From: Eledone cirrhosa
Lineage: Eukaryota
Assembly (NCBI GenBank): GCA_964016885.1
Contig: OZ024741.1
Coordinates: 227,354,001 to 227,418,000 of the forward strand
Direction: 5' to 3'
Length of the DNA: 64,000 nucleotides
How positions within the stretch are numbered: position 1 is the stretch's first letter; each line of letters starts with the position of its first letter. The notes beneath the pieces were generated by a model. That model was given only the letters and a program-made list of their open reading frames with translations. It had not been told where the DNA came from and did no database searches. Of this stretch, positions 37,301 through 52,300 are shown piece after piece. A program made the position numbers and the translations under genes.

Positions 37301-39004
37301 ACGCATTCATACACCGTCCGGGCGTTACCGACCTGTGGGACTATGTAGAACGACTATTGTCGCGGGTGGGACCAATCCGGTGGACCACCGAGTCCATTGT
37401 CATGATCAAACAGCCACCCTCCTTCAAAAACGAAGGAGAGGCGGTTTTCCTTTGTGTGATAGCTATGGTGGTTGATCTTCCCTCTCTGAAGCCGTTCTGG
37501 TTGTCCCTGAGCTTCTCCATCTCAGGCTGGATCCTGTTAAGAATCATGCTGTTGAGAGTTTTTGCCACAAGTGACGTCAGTGAGATGCCCCTGTAGTTGT
37601 TGGTATTAAAGAGATCTCCCTTCTTTGGCACTGGGAAGATGTTACTGATCCTCCACTGATTTAGGGGCAACTCCTTTCTTCAGTGCCTGGTTACAGAACC
37701 CCAGGATGATATCATCAAAATCACACCTCTTCATCGCCTCTGATGCCACTCCATCTTCTCCATGAGCCTTGCTCTCCTTGATCCTCTTCTTGGCTCTCTG
37801 AAGCTCCTCTCTGGTGAAGGGCTCTGTCTCAATATCCAGTTCTGCAAACAGCCGCCTGATCTCCCTAGTGCTCTGGGCTGTGGAGATACATTGGCTCCCA
37901 ACCTTTTTATCATCGTAGTGGACTATTGTATGCGCCTTGCACTGGAGAAACACCAGGACTCTGGCTTAACTGTAGCACCGGCTCAGAGCAGGAGAGTTAA
38001 GGCGAAAAAGGTATCAGATGCTGAATTTGCCGACGACATAGTTTTGGTGACAAATACAGTGAAGGAGGCAGAGGATTTGATGCAGGAGGTTGAGACTGTG
38101 TCGATGAGTGTGGGGCTGAGAATGAATGAGACTAAAACAAAATATCTGGTAGAGAATGTTGAGAAGCCAGAGGGGATCACTAATGTAGGCGGGAAGCCGC
38201 TAGAATTGGTTGAGGACTTCCTGTATTTGGGAGCAAAGATTGGGAATACGGAAGATGATGTGGTTGAGAGGAAGAGCAAAGTCTGGGCGGCGTGCCACAG
38301 CTTGAGATCGGTGTGGAAGTCGGACCTTCGTAAAGACCTGAAAAATCCGCCTCTTCATTGCTGTAGTGTAGTCTGTGCTGCTGTACAAGTCTGAGACTTG
38401 GACACTGACCAAGAAACTCACTCAGATGGTGGATGGGTGATACACGAGAATGTTGAGGATGGCTCTGAACATTAATCAGTATACACTGATGATGAAAAAC
38501 TCAGAGCTGTATGGGAGCCTCCAAAAAGTCAGCTCAAAAGTGACATAGAGGAGACTGAGGTTAGCTGGACATGCTCACCGACATCCAGAGTTGACATTGC
38601 ACTCAGTGCTCCTGTGGGAGCCCCTACATGGACACATTGGAAGAGGAAGACCAAGGTTAACGTATGTTGATGCCCTAAGGACAGACACTGGTCTGTTGGA
38701 GACGCAGGATATGGCAGCGATAATGAGGGACAGAGACCGCTGGAGAGAACTCGTCCATGGATCTCGGGAATTTTACCCGCCCTAGAATAGTTATAGCGAA
38801 AGAGGTTGTATGGTGGACGAGGTTAAAAGGGCTGAGGTCAGACACCTTTCTTTCCGGTCAACAACTGATTCTTTTTTTCAAATACCACTTTGGAAGAAGA
38901 ATCAGGATGGAGAGAGAGGTGCTGTACCCAAGTTTTATGAAAGGTGGGTGAAAGTGGCGAGAATGGCCCGAGTGAATGGGCCTTCTCTCTATATCAGCCT
39001 GTAG
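34314..39004 (+). pseudogene. T5 ORF2 (APE+RT), disrupted, with RTE insertion
   Basis: Track ORFs 34314-34601, 34471-35475, 35465-36841 and 36250-37596; resumes AKEVVWWTRLKG after 38787. Confidence 0.9.
37469..38786 (+). mobile_element. RTE-clade LINE fragment with inverted 5' segment (~37469-37865 on -) and ~10-bp TSD
   Basis: Minus part: KAHGEDG, PVPKKGD..NNYRGISL, QNGFREGRSTT. Plus part: GDTLAPNLF, EFADD, DFLYLG, GRGRPRLTYVD. TSD ATAGCTATGG 37459-37468 / ATAGTTATAG 38787-38796. Confidence 0.85.
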
Positions 39005-39384
39005 GTTGAGGAAAAAGAGGAAGAGAGGAAAGGGGTACAAACTCTTCGTAACTCCTGGAGATGAGGGTTGCACATTTTTTCGGGGGTATGTGTTACCCAT
39101 ATGAAATGTCTACCCCTATTGGGAAAATCGATTAATTTTTAAATTGCATTTGTGATAGTATTTTACACGTTTTTATTGTATGTAAACTTCCTCCTTTGTA
39201 TTTGTCCCCTTCTTTTGTGCCCCTGTGGCTAATAAAGAAACATATCTATCTATCTATCTATGTATCTATCTATCTGTCTATCTATCTCTCTATATAACTT
39301 ACTATTTATCTATCAATCCAGCTCTTTGTCTATACCTATCAGTACACACGCGCACACACACACATACACACACATCAATATATA

Positions 39385-39568
39385 TGGTGGATTGGCAGAA
39401 CCGGTAGAGGGTCTGACGCCATGCTTTGCAGTAAAGAGTTACGGCCCTTTATGGTCTGAGTTCAAATCCCGCCGATGTTAACTTAGCCTTTCATCCTTAC
39501 GGGGTCGATAAAATAAAGTACCAGTAATGTACTGGGATAATTGTTGGCCTTGTACCAAAAAGTAGAAA
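39385..39568 (+). mobile_element. SINE
   Basis: Family consensus. Confidence 0.88.
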
Positions 39569-40161
39569 TCAATATATATGTGTGTATATGAATAGATAGA
39601 TAGGTACAATTATCATTTTACATACATTCATATTTATATATTTATATATATGTATGCATGTATATATATATATATATTTGACGGCCAAAAAGGGAGTTAC
39701 CTCCCTTTGGGAAAACCACGTGTCTATAGCGAAAATTACTGCTAGAAAATACACCCGTCGAGGCTATAGAACGCAAGACTTGTTGACGAAGTAAATCCTT
39801 TGTTCTCTCGTCAAAGGCCATTAACTTGCAGACCCCTGCAAGCGGAATTAGTCGATCTCGGATTTACAGAAACCTAGCGTGGATGTTGTATGTTATATGT
39901 GATGTATATTGTATGCTATACGTTATGCATTATGTGTTGCGTTCGATGTCAATGTGATGGTCCAGGTCAATCAAAATTTTTCCTGAGTTCAGTTTTTTTC
40001 GTGGCTATGGCAATGCGACCAGACTGTCGGTCGCTATATTTGATTTGCAAAGCTGTCTAAACGTATTGTTATAACTCTGGGGTAATATTCTCCATCGAGT
40101 GGTAAGCTGCATTCGTTAGCTTGGCCGCAGCCAAAAGCTTCGTTGATGCTGTACTAAAATT

Positions 40162-40219
<58 letters not shown>

Positions 40220-40269
40220 TATGTGTGTGTGTGTGCGTGTGTGTATTAGTCACACACACATATATATAA

Positions 40270-40355
<86 letters not shown>

Positions 40356-40876
40356 ATATCCAAAATTAAGATAAATTAAATGAATTTAATCCAAATCGAA
40401 ATTGTGGGTGTCATGCCATAACGGCATGCGCCATAACGGCATGCGCCATATCGCCTGGAAATAAGCTCAAAGATATATCCGAGCATTTTATAATAACTAG
40501 AAATTGATTAACATATAAATATACATGAATAATCACAGGAGATAATTTTTACACGCGTGTAACCACGCATAGCTAGTTTGGGTAATAATTAAATTCATAC
40601 CTTTAAGTATGATTAACCTTCCTTGTATATATCCCATTAAAGAAATATATTTCACCAATTAATCAGATGGTAAGTCACGGAAAGTGGATATCATTGGATT
40701 GTCAACAAGGAAGAATAATGTAAAGCTATCCATGCTCACACAACGAGTTTAACTCCTCATCTGGCCGCTACCACGTGTTGTGTCTACACACCACAGCAGC
40801 TTCGTTTCAGTGGCGTGAATAGGTATTCGACAACTAGAAATAGCAGTCAAATTTCCTTCAACAGAAATAGCTCTAC

Positions 40877-40914
<38 letters not shown>

Positions 40915-40929
40915 CTGTAATACACACAT

Positions 40930-41031
<102 letters not shown>

Positions 41032-41154
41032 GTATATATTCTAGTACTCTAGAAGCCATTTCTACATTAAATATATATATATATATATATATATATGATG
41101 TCGTTAAGACAGGAATGCCGTTATATATAATTCCATATATATATATATATATAT

Positions 41155-41194
<40 letters not shown>

Positions 41195-41323
41195 TCATCT
41201 ATCTACATAGCTACAAGCTACATACACACACATTCATGCTAACATATATATATATATATATACACATACATGCGTACAAAACACTCATATACACATAAGT
41301 ACATACAAATGTGTGTATATGTG

Positions 41324-41371
<48 letters not shown>

Positions 41372-41837
41372 GGCATATACACGCACATCTGACCGGCTGT
41401 CTATTTCTATTTCTTTCTCTGCTCTTATTCCCCATATCCTTCATCCACTTTATTAATTTTTATGTAACCGAGAAACGGTTCATTTGCTGAAAGCTTTCAC
41501 CGACTCCCCTTCCCCCTCTCTATTTCACCCTCTTTCACTCTCTTTCTTTCTTTATGTCTTTTTTTTTTATTTATTTCATTTCTTACTTTCTCACACTGTC
41601 GCTGCACCTACCACCGTACTGCGTAACCACCATACTGCGAAAGCACCAAACCATCAAACCACTCCCTCAAAGCTAACCTAACACCCGTCATGCTTACATA
41701 TGCTTCTGTGAACATATGCTCATCAACTAACACTCAACTCGTGCACTGTAATGCTACAGACATACTTTATACAGCTGACATATCTTTCAATCAAATTTCA
41801 CGCCACTACGCAGCTGTAGCAGCATTAGTAGCAGCAA

Positions 41838-41908
<71 letters not shown>

Positions 41909-42089
41909 AGTAGTAGTAGTAGTAGTAGTAGTTATCCAGATGAAATCCCAGATCACGTCAGTAGTAGTTGTAGTAGTAGTAGTAGTAGTAGTAGTAGTCC
42001 AGATGTAATCCCCAGATCACACCACAAACTTTATCTGGCACAAAAACACCACCCCCTCCTCTTTCTCTCGTCTTTTCACTCTCTTTCTG

Positions 42090-42138
<49 letters not shown>

Positions 42139-42199
42139 GTGTGTGTATGTATTATTTTACGCGTCTACCTGTTCCAACCGACTGGCTGGGGCCATACTG

Positions 42200-43110
42200 A
42201 AGCTCCGCCATTCTTGATACTTGTTCTACATACACCCTATGTAGACCACACAGGTTTTTAGGCAACAGAACTGGGGGTCCTTGAACCTCTAACTATTGTA
42301 GTATCTGGCACTTACTTTTGATGTGAAGGATGAAATCTTTGCCATTGCGCAGTGGCGTCATCTTCTGGAGTTGATCCATCTCTCAACGGCCACGTTTCTC
42401 ACAACATATGTGCACAGAAACACATAATTCTCCATGGTTAATATCAAGGTGCGCATTAAGCTCAGTGGGATCGAAGAACCCTGAGCTCTTGTTATGGCAT
42501 TCTTCTAATAGAGCGAAACTCTGAAGTGAAACCTGTGGTTTATGCGATTACTAGTCATCTTACTTAGTCAAGTCATCAGATGATAGCACCGAGTCTTTGA
42601 GAGTGACATCAGACCTGTCAATTCTCTCCGTCGGATGGGAAGATCTTCCACCCACTTTGGGGTGGAGGAGAGATGTCTACTCTTGTGAAAATGGGTATAA
42701 CTTTCATTAAGTAAAATCTCACCATTATGCCTCATTTCTCTCCGTTTTGGGGCACTTTTTTTCATGATACTCCCTGTTTGGGTTTTTAGAGGTTGGCAGG
42801 TCTCGTGGCACTCGTGTTGTAGCAGCATTTGTCACTATAATCTATGATGTACAGATGTCTCTTTTACGATCTCCTCATTTGTCCTTGTATCTCTGCAACC
42901 AATGACGGCTGGTAGAACGCAGAATACTTGACTAAAAACAACAACAACATTGGGTCTATTAGTACAACTAATGGGGGGTCGCACAAATTTGTGCCAATTA
43001 AATACTGCCACTTCCGTGTTATCGTCACCTCAGGAGGTGTAGTATGGAAGGGAGAAGTCATAGTTCTCCAGTCACCTGCTTTGATGTATCCTATGTTGAA
43101 GTGTTGTTTG
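42200..43110 (-). mobile_element. Possible decayed BEL/Pao LTR retrotransposon pol fragments
   Basis: KWQYLIGTNLCDP..LID and KWVEDLP resemble BEL/Pao motifs; heavily broken. Confidence 0.4.
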
Positions 43111-43305
43111 TATCCAGGGGTGGAGTTTTTGTCTTATTTTTTTTTTGTTTATGCGAGAATGAAATGTCACCTCCGTGCATATGAGAGGGTATACAGTTGT
43201 AAGAATAATTGAGGTGATGTTAACACAAGCTATTATCTGACAAGATGAAGCAATCACACACACACACACACAATGTGTGTGTGTGTATAAATATATATAT
43301 ATATA

Positions 43306-45443
<2,138 letters not shown>

Positions 45444-45727
45444 TACATATATATAAAACTGTAATTGTCTGTGTGTGTGTCCTCATTTTTGCAAAGTCTA
45501 TACAAATCCACATTTCTACTCCGATTGACTTCCTTGCGGTCTAAAGATGTTAACTGCAGCTTTTATTTTTCAATTTTCTGTTGTTAAAGGGGTGTTAGGC
45601 GCCGGTTATCGATCTCCGCCGAGCCCTTATAATATCTGTCTGTATGTCTGGCTGTCTGCATTACGACATTCTGACGAAAACGTCATTACTGACATATTAT
45701 CTTCGCTACATTCACACACACACAGGG

Positions 45728-45764
<37 letters not shown>

Positions 45765-45845
45765 CATATATACTTATATATACATATATACATATACACA
45801 TATATATATACACATATACATATATATATATATATACATATACAA

Positions 45846-45912
<67 letters not shown>

Positions 45913-46026
45913 TATAAATATACACATAAAGATATATGTATATACACACACACACACACATATATATATACATACACACACACATATATATGCATACACA
46001 CACACACACATATATATATATATGTA

Positions 46027-46063
<37 letters not shown>

Positions 46064-46536
46064 GTGAGGGTTTTTTTTACAAACCACAGACCCTCCATCT
46101 CAACTCACCTTTTGAAAAGCAGAAGAACTGCGAAACCGGTAAAGGAACCAAATAAATATATATATTTAAAAAAAAAATAAGACTCCAGTTGCATTTTCGA
46201 TTTCATCTCTTTTTCTTTATATATATATATATATATACTTTAGGTTTGTTGGTTCACCACTGGATAGAATTGGTCATTCCGTATGGTCAATCTTGGTGTA
46301 ATATCGAGTTGCCATCACTTTGAGGGCAACTGGCCGAGGTGAAAGCAGCTAGTGGTCAGTCGCCCTCTTTGTCTCTGCTCTGATTTTTCGGACCCTGGTT
46401 TTTTTTACATATTCCTTTGTTATATTCCAATACCTGATGATATCACCGGATTCATATGGAACCCGGTCATTGAAATGATCATAGTATAATAAACCTTTTA
46501 AGGATTTACACCAGTCCAGCCTCCTGTTATTTTATT

Positions 46537-46592
<56 letters not shown>

Positions 46593-46598
46593 TCTCAC

Positions 46599-46644
<46 letters not shown>

Positions 46645-46851
46645 ATATATATATATATATATATATAAATGAAGTAATTCCGTCGGAAAAGTCCAGGACA
46701 AAAGAGTGCTCTATGTAGGTAACAGAGTTTAATAATTATGTAATAAACAACATAAGGCAATTATTTCATTTACCAGTGGTTTTTTAAAAGCAAAACAATT
46801 TTGCTTTCAATCATCAGAATGAAAAAATCCTGGCCAGGATTGTTTATTACA

Positions 46852-46889
<38 letters not shown>

Positions 46890-47600
46890 TACATTGCAGG
46901 TCGCTTTAACACGTCTTTTATTATTCAAAAAACTTCTTGCCAATAAATATTAACTCCTTGTGCGCCATTCATCTAACTGTAGACCAACAAATACCAACTA
47001 AACGGACCGTTGACAAGAACGATGGCGAATGAATCTTCGAGGTAAGCAGTTTCCTCCCGAGCTGTTAGTTCACGCGGGATTCTCTGCTACATCTTTTCGT
47101 AATAATACCGAACAATGTACTGCTGGTCACCCCTTCCTCCAAAAGCCGTACAAAGCGGACATGTGCATTGGGTAGATGGATCGGGTGCAAATCTACACCA
47201 GGCCTACGCGAGAAATTCGCATGGGATTCCATCGAGGGGGATAGAGAGAAAGAGTAACTTAGTGGAAAGAGTGCGAATGAACTTTTGAGGTAAGTAGCCT
47301 ACACCTTACTGATATGACACTGGAACCTTCTGCCAACTTAACCTGTGACTTTCTCTTTCACATTTACTTCAAAAGGCCAAAACAGAGAAGTATGAAAGGA
47401 ACGGGCTAAACAATATTTCTATGAACAATGCATGTAGACAGCTAAACTGTACTTTCAACTTCTTAATTTTCTCCAAATAAAACAAGTTTCCTGTCGGTAT
47501 ATTTTCGTGAGTTTTTAACAGGCACTCACAAATAAACGTTTCTCATTGGAGGTGCTACTACCAATGTTCTTACCCGTGCAACGCCGGGATACACTGCTAG
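45444..47600 (+). mobile_element. Non-autonomous Helitron H3, head-to-tail with H2
   Basis: 5' ~270 bp repeats the H2 5' end; 3' CCCGTGCAACGCCGGG...CTAG|T. Confidence 0.65.
46430..46487 (+). ncRNA. Type-I minimal hammerhead ribozyme
   Basis: ATAC-CTGATGA-TATCACCGG...CCGGTCATT-GAAA-T-GATC-A-TA-GTAT, then AATAAA. Palindromic GAUC loop 3; first stem II pair is U-U. Confidence 0.75.
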
Positions 47601-47635
47601 TATATATATATATATAATAGATACAAAGACCAAAA

Positions 47636-47787
47636 TCCAGAGAGGACTTGGGTTCGTCGATGACATTGGCGCGATAGCTGGAAGAGAAGAGGAACTTGCC
47701 GAACTGGTGAACCGTTTGGATGTAACATCAGCCAGATACGGTATGGATATGAGTGCCGAGAAAACCAAGTTGATGACGAACACCACA
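47636..47787 (+). mobile_element. RTE-clade RT fragment
   Basis: Manual translation GLGFVDDIGAIAGREEELAELVNRLDVTSARYGMDMSAEKTKLMTN. Confidence 0.75.
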
Positions 47788-48538
47788 TAAATAGATGAAA
47801 AATCAAGTAAATAGATAGTAAACTATATAGATAGAAAGAACACAAATCATGTTGGTTGAGAGTGGCATGAGAATATATGGGTCAATTCTATAGGGAAAAT
47901 GGATGCTAAAACATAGAGTCAGACATTGAAACTTAACGTTTTGCAGGTTATAAGGTACGGTTATCAATGCGTTTTATTACTTCCAGGGCTTCGACCAAGA
48001 CCTTAGTACGTATTCCGTTCGTGCCTGCACTTCTCCGCTTTCTCTATGTTTGAATTAAAAGGCGACATGCCATTGCTTTGACTATTTCGACAATAGTCTT
48101 TTCAGTGCATTAATTTCAGTTTTTTAATATGATATTGATGTTCCCAGTATTTTTCAATTTATACTGTAATTAGAAGCCGTTTCATTCAAATATGAGATGT
48201 AGCTAAAGAGTTTGGCCATGTGTCACCATCCGGAGTATTTGAAATTAGATTATTATTGTGTCTTTGATTATTCCTGTATACTGCTGCATGGTGTTTCCTT
48301 GTTTGTGTATTTAATGCTCAACGTCAGTTTGGTAGATAATATCTTTTTCAGGGAGCTGGCTATGGCAGTTCAACTGGAGCAGCTTTCTTCAGATGTGAAA
48401 TGAGACATTTTTATATTTGATGTGCATTTGCTATTCAACTTAAGATTGTGTCGTTAAATAAAATCTCATATCTATAGTTGGTGGGTGCTTATTTACAAAG
48501 TTGAAATACAATTTAGATATATTGAATTGTATAGTGTA

Positions 48539-49162
48539 CTAGCAGAATGGCCCGGCGTTGCTCGGAATTTGCTCTAGGGTTCTTATATATTTGATATATA
48601 TTTATCCTTATCGAACCTCGTGAAATAAATACGTTTGTTTATATTTTGTTATTGTGTATGCAAAAATATCTGTACACGAATATATAATTATATATATATT
48701 AAAATAACCGATTAAAGTTTAAGCAAAGAATCGCTGCTTTCACCCTTAACGGGATCTTCTGAAACTTAAAAAATCAATTTGTAAAAGCAGAAGTAAATAT
48801 TTCAAAAAACATTTCACACTATATATACACACACACTATATACACATATATACACATATACACACATATAACGTCATGATGTCGTAATGCAGACAGCCAG
48901 ACATACAGACAGATATTATAAGGGCGCAACGTTATATCTATGTATCTATCTAAAAAGAAAGACTAAGAATTATAGAGAGAGATCGCTAAATCGCCCAATG
49001 CGGTCCCTAGGGCATTGAAAATTCGAAATTCTTTTCTCAAAACACTCACAGGACCATAAGTATTACATGTGTAAAGTTTGAAAGCAATCGTTTGGGTGGT
49101 TCTCGAATTTTAGGGAGTCAGACAAACAGACAGACAGACATTCTCTGTTTTAGATATATAGA
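48539..49162 (-). mobile_element. Non-autonomous Helitron H4
   Basis: Minus strand A|TCTATATATCTAAAAC..(TGTC)n..CCGAGCAACGCCGGG..CTAG|T; shares internal blocks with H2 and H3. Confidence 0.75.
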
Positions 49163-50065
49163 TGAGAGAGCGGTCAAACTAGATAACGTGATATAGGCTG
49201 TTTTAAAAAAGTGGGCTCCAGCGTATCATTGTATTAGAGGGCTGTGCCATGAAAATTTGTATGATAGGGGACAGGTTGTATATTTCACTAATATTCTTAA
49301 ATAGGCTCCTAAAATATACAAATGATCCTTTATTGAAGTGAGTTCCTCATTAGGTGTCCCATATGGATTGTATGGTTCTGAAATTAAAGACAGCGTCTAA
49401 GAAGTTTACTGTTATTATTTCTAACTCTAAAATACTACAAAGTTGGCTTATGTCCTTTCTGAATCTATTTACTTTGTTTTTGCTAACATTATTGGAAATG
49501 TGATATAGGCTGAAATTAATCCAAGTGAACTTTCTCCTGGGTAGTTCTAAACATATATCAATCAATAAGTACCTAAAGTTCATGATGTTAACGTAGATAA
49601 ACCCAACCGGGTCGAATCTCAGTTACATTTCTCTCGCATACATTATTACTTCTACTAGCAGAAAAACAACCCTTCGTGTGGTTTTCTGCTAGCATGTGTA
49701 GTGTGTATATTGATATTATACGCAAGTATATATGCATGTAGATATGATCAAATAAAATCGTAATTGACAATATACACAGAAATTGAACGAAGACTGCATT
49801 ACACTCTCTTATGTAATCAGTAGCGTAATCCATGATACATTAAAAAAAGATGATATATATAAACTGCATTAGGAGAAAATTAGTGACGGAAATATATGAA
49901 TGTTTATTTAAGCGATCGCTAACGGGAAGTATTCACATTTGAAAATAAAAAAAAAGTGAATCTTAAAATAAGCAACAAAATTATTTATATTTAATCAAGA
50001 ATAACGAAATTTAGTAGATAAATTATGTAATATTCATTCATTATTTATTCAAAGTAAGTTATTGA

Positions 50066-50178
50066 ACGATCTGAGTTCAAATCCCGCCGAGGTTGACTTT
50101 GCCTTTCATCCTTACGGGGTCGATAAAATAAAGTACCAGTAATGCACTGGGTAATTGCTGGCCTTGTGCCTAAAGTAG
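50066..50178 (+). mobile_element. 5'-truncated SINE
   Basis: Core and 3' end; flanked on both sides by TTTATTCAAAGTAA (possible TSD). Confidence 0.85.
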
Positions 50179-51039
50179 AAACAATTATTTATTCAAAGTA
50201 ATCCAACTTATTTTTAAAACGGGGAAAAAAAAAATTTTGGACGCAGTCCCGCACTCCTAGCTTTATTATAGTTTAGATGTCACTCCTATCTACGTGAAAT
50301 ATTATCTTCCACGAAGTAAGGATTTGGAGAGAGATAGGGAAAACTAACTATGTCAAATTTGGTAAATTTAGCATGTGGTTTATATTTGACGACTCTAAAT
50401 CAGTCAATTACTGCATTACCATTGCTCATTGTTGGAGATTAATGGTTGTTCTATTTTCATTATATGTAAATAGTTTTTTTCTATTACTTTTTGTTAACCT
50501 GATTTAGCAGAGTCGATTGGTTTGTGTTTCAGCTTGATTCCGAAGTCATCCTTATTGTCTTTGATAGTGATGCACCCCTGAGACTTAGCTAATATTTCTA
50601 ATCTATCATAAATTTGAAGCTTTTCTGCTATTGTCTTAGCTTCTCCATTCGTGTTAATATACGCGTGTGGCGTTACCGAAGAGGCGAAATACGTGCCGAA
50701 CACCATACAGTGACGAAAGAATAGAATAACAGAGTAGAAAAGGCATAAACCTTTTGTACACCAGAACTTATACATATATTCAATATACAGAAAATTGCAC
50801 TACTAGCATATGTACACTTATTACGTTTAGTCCCCCATCCCGAGAATTACACACTTATTTAGTACAGAGAAAATAGTCCTATTAGACACTGCACACATAT
50901 TACATGAATTAATTCCAACGTATTAGAGGTTTGAAAACCAAACAAACCATTGCACATACCTAAGGCATAGAGCTGTACGCGTTTTTCACAGTGAAAGCAT
51001 GCAATGGCGAAAGAGTGGTATAACGGATAAAAAGGGGGA

Positions 51040-51215
51040 AGGAATAAGAAACAAAGAAAGGAAGAAAGAAAGAAAGAAGGAAAGAAGAAAAGAAAGAAAG
51101 AGAGAGAGAGAAAAAGAAAGAAAGAAAGCAAGAAAGAAAGAGAGAGAGAGAGAGAAAGCAAGCAAGAAAGAAAGATGGAAAGAAAGAAGAAAAGAAAGAA
51201 AGAGAGAAAGAAAGC

Positions 51216-51295
<80 letters not shown>

Positions 51296-51830
51296 AAGAA
51301 AGCAAGACAGCAAGCATGCAAGATAGAAATAAGGCAAGAAAGAAAGCAAGAGAGAAAAAAAGATGGAAAGAAAAAAGAAAAGAAAGAAAGAGAGATAGAT
51401 AGAAAGCAAGAAAGAAAGAAAGAAAGAGAGAGAGAAAGCAAGCAAGCAAGAAAGATGGAAAGAAAGAAGAAAAGAAAGAAAGAGAGAAAGAAAGCAAGAA
51501 AGAAAAAAAAAAGAGAGAGAGAGAGAAAGAAAGAAAGCAAGACAGCAAGCATGCAAGAAAGCAAGAAAGCAAGAAAGAAAGAAAGCAAGAGAGAAAGAAA
51601 GATGGAAAGAAAAAAGAAAAGAAAGAAAGAGAGATAGATAGAAAGCAAGAAAGAAAGAAAGAGAGCGAGAAAGCAAGCAAGCAAGAAAGATGGAAAGAAA
51701 GAAGAAAAGAAAGAAAGAGAGAAAGAAAGCAAGAAAGAAAAAAAAAAGAGATAGAAAGAAAGCAAGCAAGAAAGAAATAAAGAAATAAAGAAATAAATAA
51801 AGAAAGAAAGAAAGGAAGAAAGAAAAAGAA
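51040..51830. repeat. Polypurine (GAAA/GA/GCAA) compound satellite with ~235-bp higher-order repeat
   Basis: AGCAAGACAGCAAGCATGCAAGA recurs at ~51301 and ~51536. Confidence 0.9.
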
Positions 51831-52300
51831 TGAGACACCAATAAGCATTTGGTCTATTTATGCTTCCAGCCTACATTTCTTTTATACCTGGTCCAGTCAT
51901 CGAGAGAGATTCAGACGAACCACTTCACTGCTTTACATGCCAGCTTTCTTTTTACCTTCTTTTTTTCCCCCCCAGCTCTTCCTCGCTTCGTTCGCCTTAA
52001 TGTTGATTGCCATGTTTGCTAATATTCTCCACTCACTTACTGTCGAAACTTAACTTACATAAACAAACGACGACTACTGCTGCTAGGGATAACATGAATG
52101 CACAGTGAGGTAAGTAGGAAACGAGGGTAAGTAGGGGAACAGAGGAGTGATGGGTGGGGGTGGGAGGAGGAAAGGTTGGTGGAAGAAAAATCGATGAAAT
52201 CCTCAAATCAATAAAACCACCTATGATTATGATCTGGTCGATCTAATCCATCTATAGTGTTGTTGTTATTATTGTTAACGTCATCATCATCATTATCATT

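Larger units (their letters stand above)
32072..39241 (+). mobile_element. Tx1-type LINE T5 (family D), full length, flanked by (TATC)n, interrupted by an RTE
   Basis: ORF1 CYHCLSSGHLKAYC; ORF2 MANIRVGGVNVRGL; 3' end CCCTGTGGCTAATAAAGAAAC followed by (TATC)n. Confidence 0.92.
48100..50660 (-). mobile_element. Decayed Penelope-like element (RT + GIY-YIG remnants), interrupted by H4 and a SINE
   Basis: EAKTIAEKLQIYDRLEILAKSQGCITIKDNKDDF..PIDSAKS, KFDIVSF and VNFLDAVFNF, plus downstream DIIYQ/QYTG-like GIY-YIG remnants. Confidence 0.65.

Noticed and set aside
50859-51848. 329-aa hydrophobic membrane-protein-like ORFs
   Set aside because: Translation of the polypyrimidine strand of the satellite.
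51975-52109. Candidate host exon (pyrimidine tract-CAG ... GAG|GTAAGT)
   Set aside because: Stops in all three frames and no supporting neighbouring exons; a non-coding exon cannot be excluded without RNA data.
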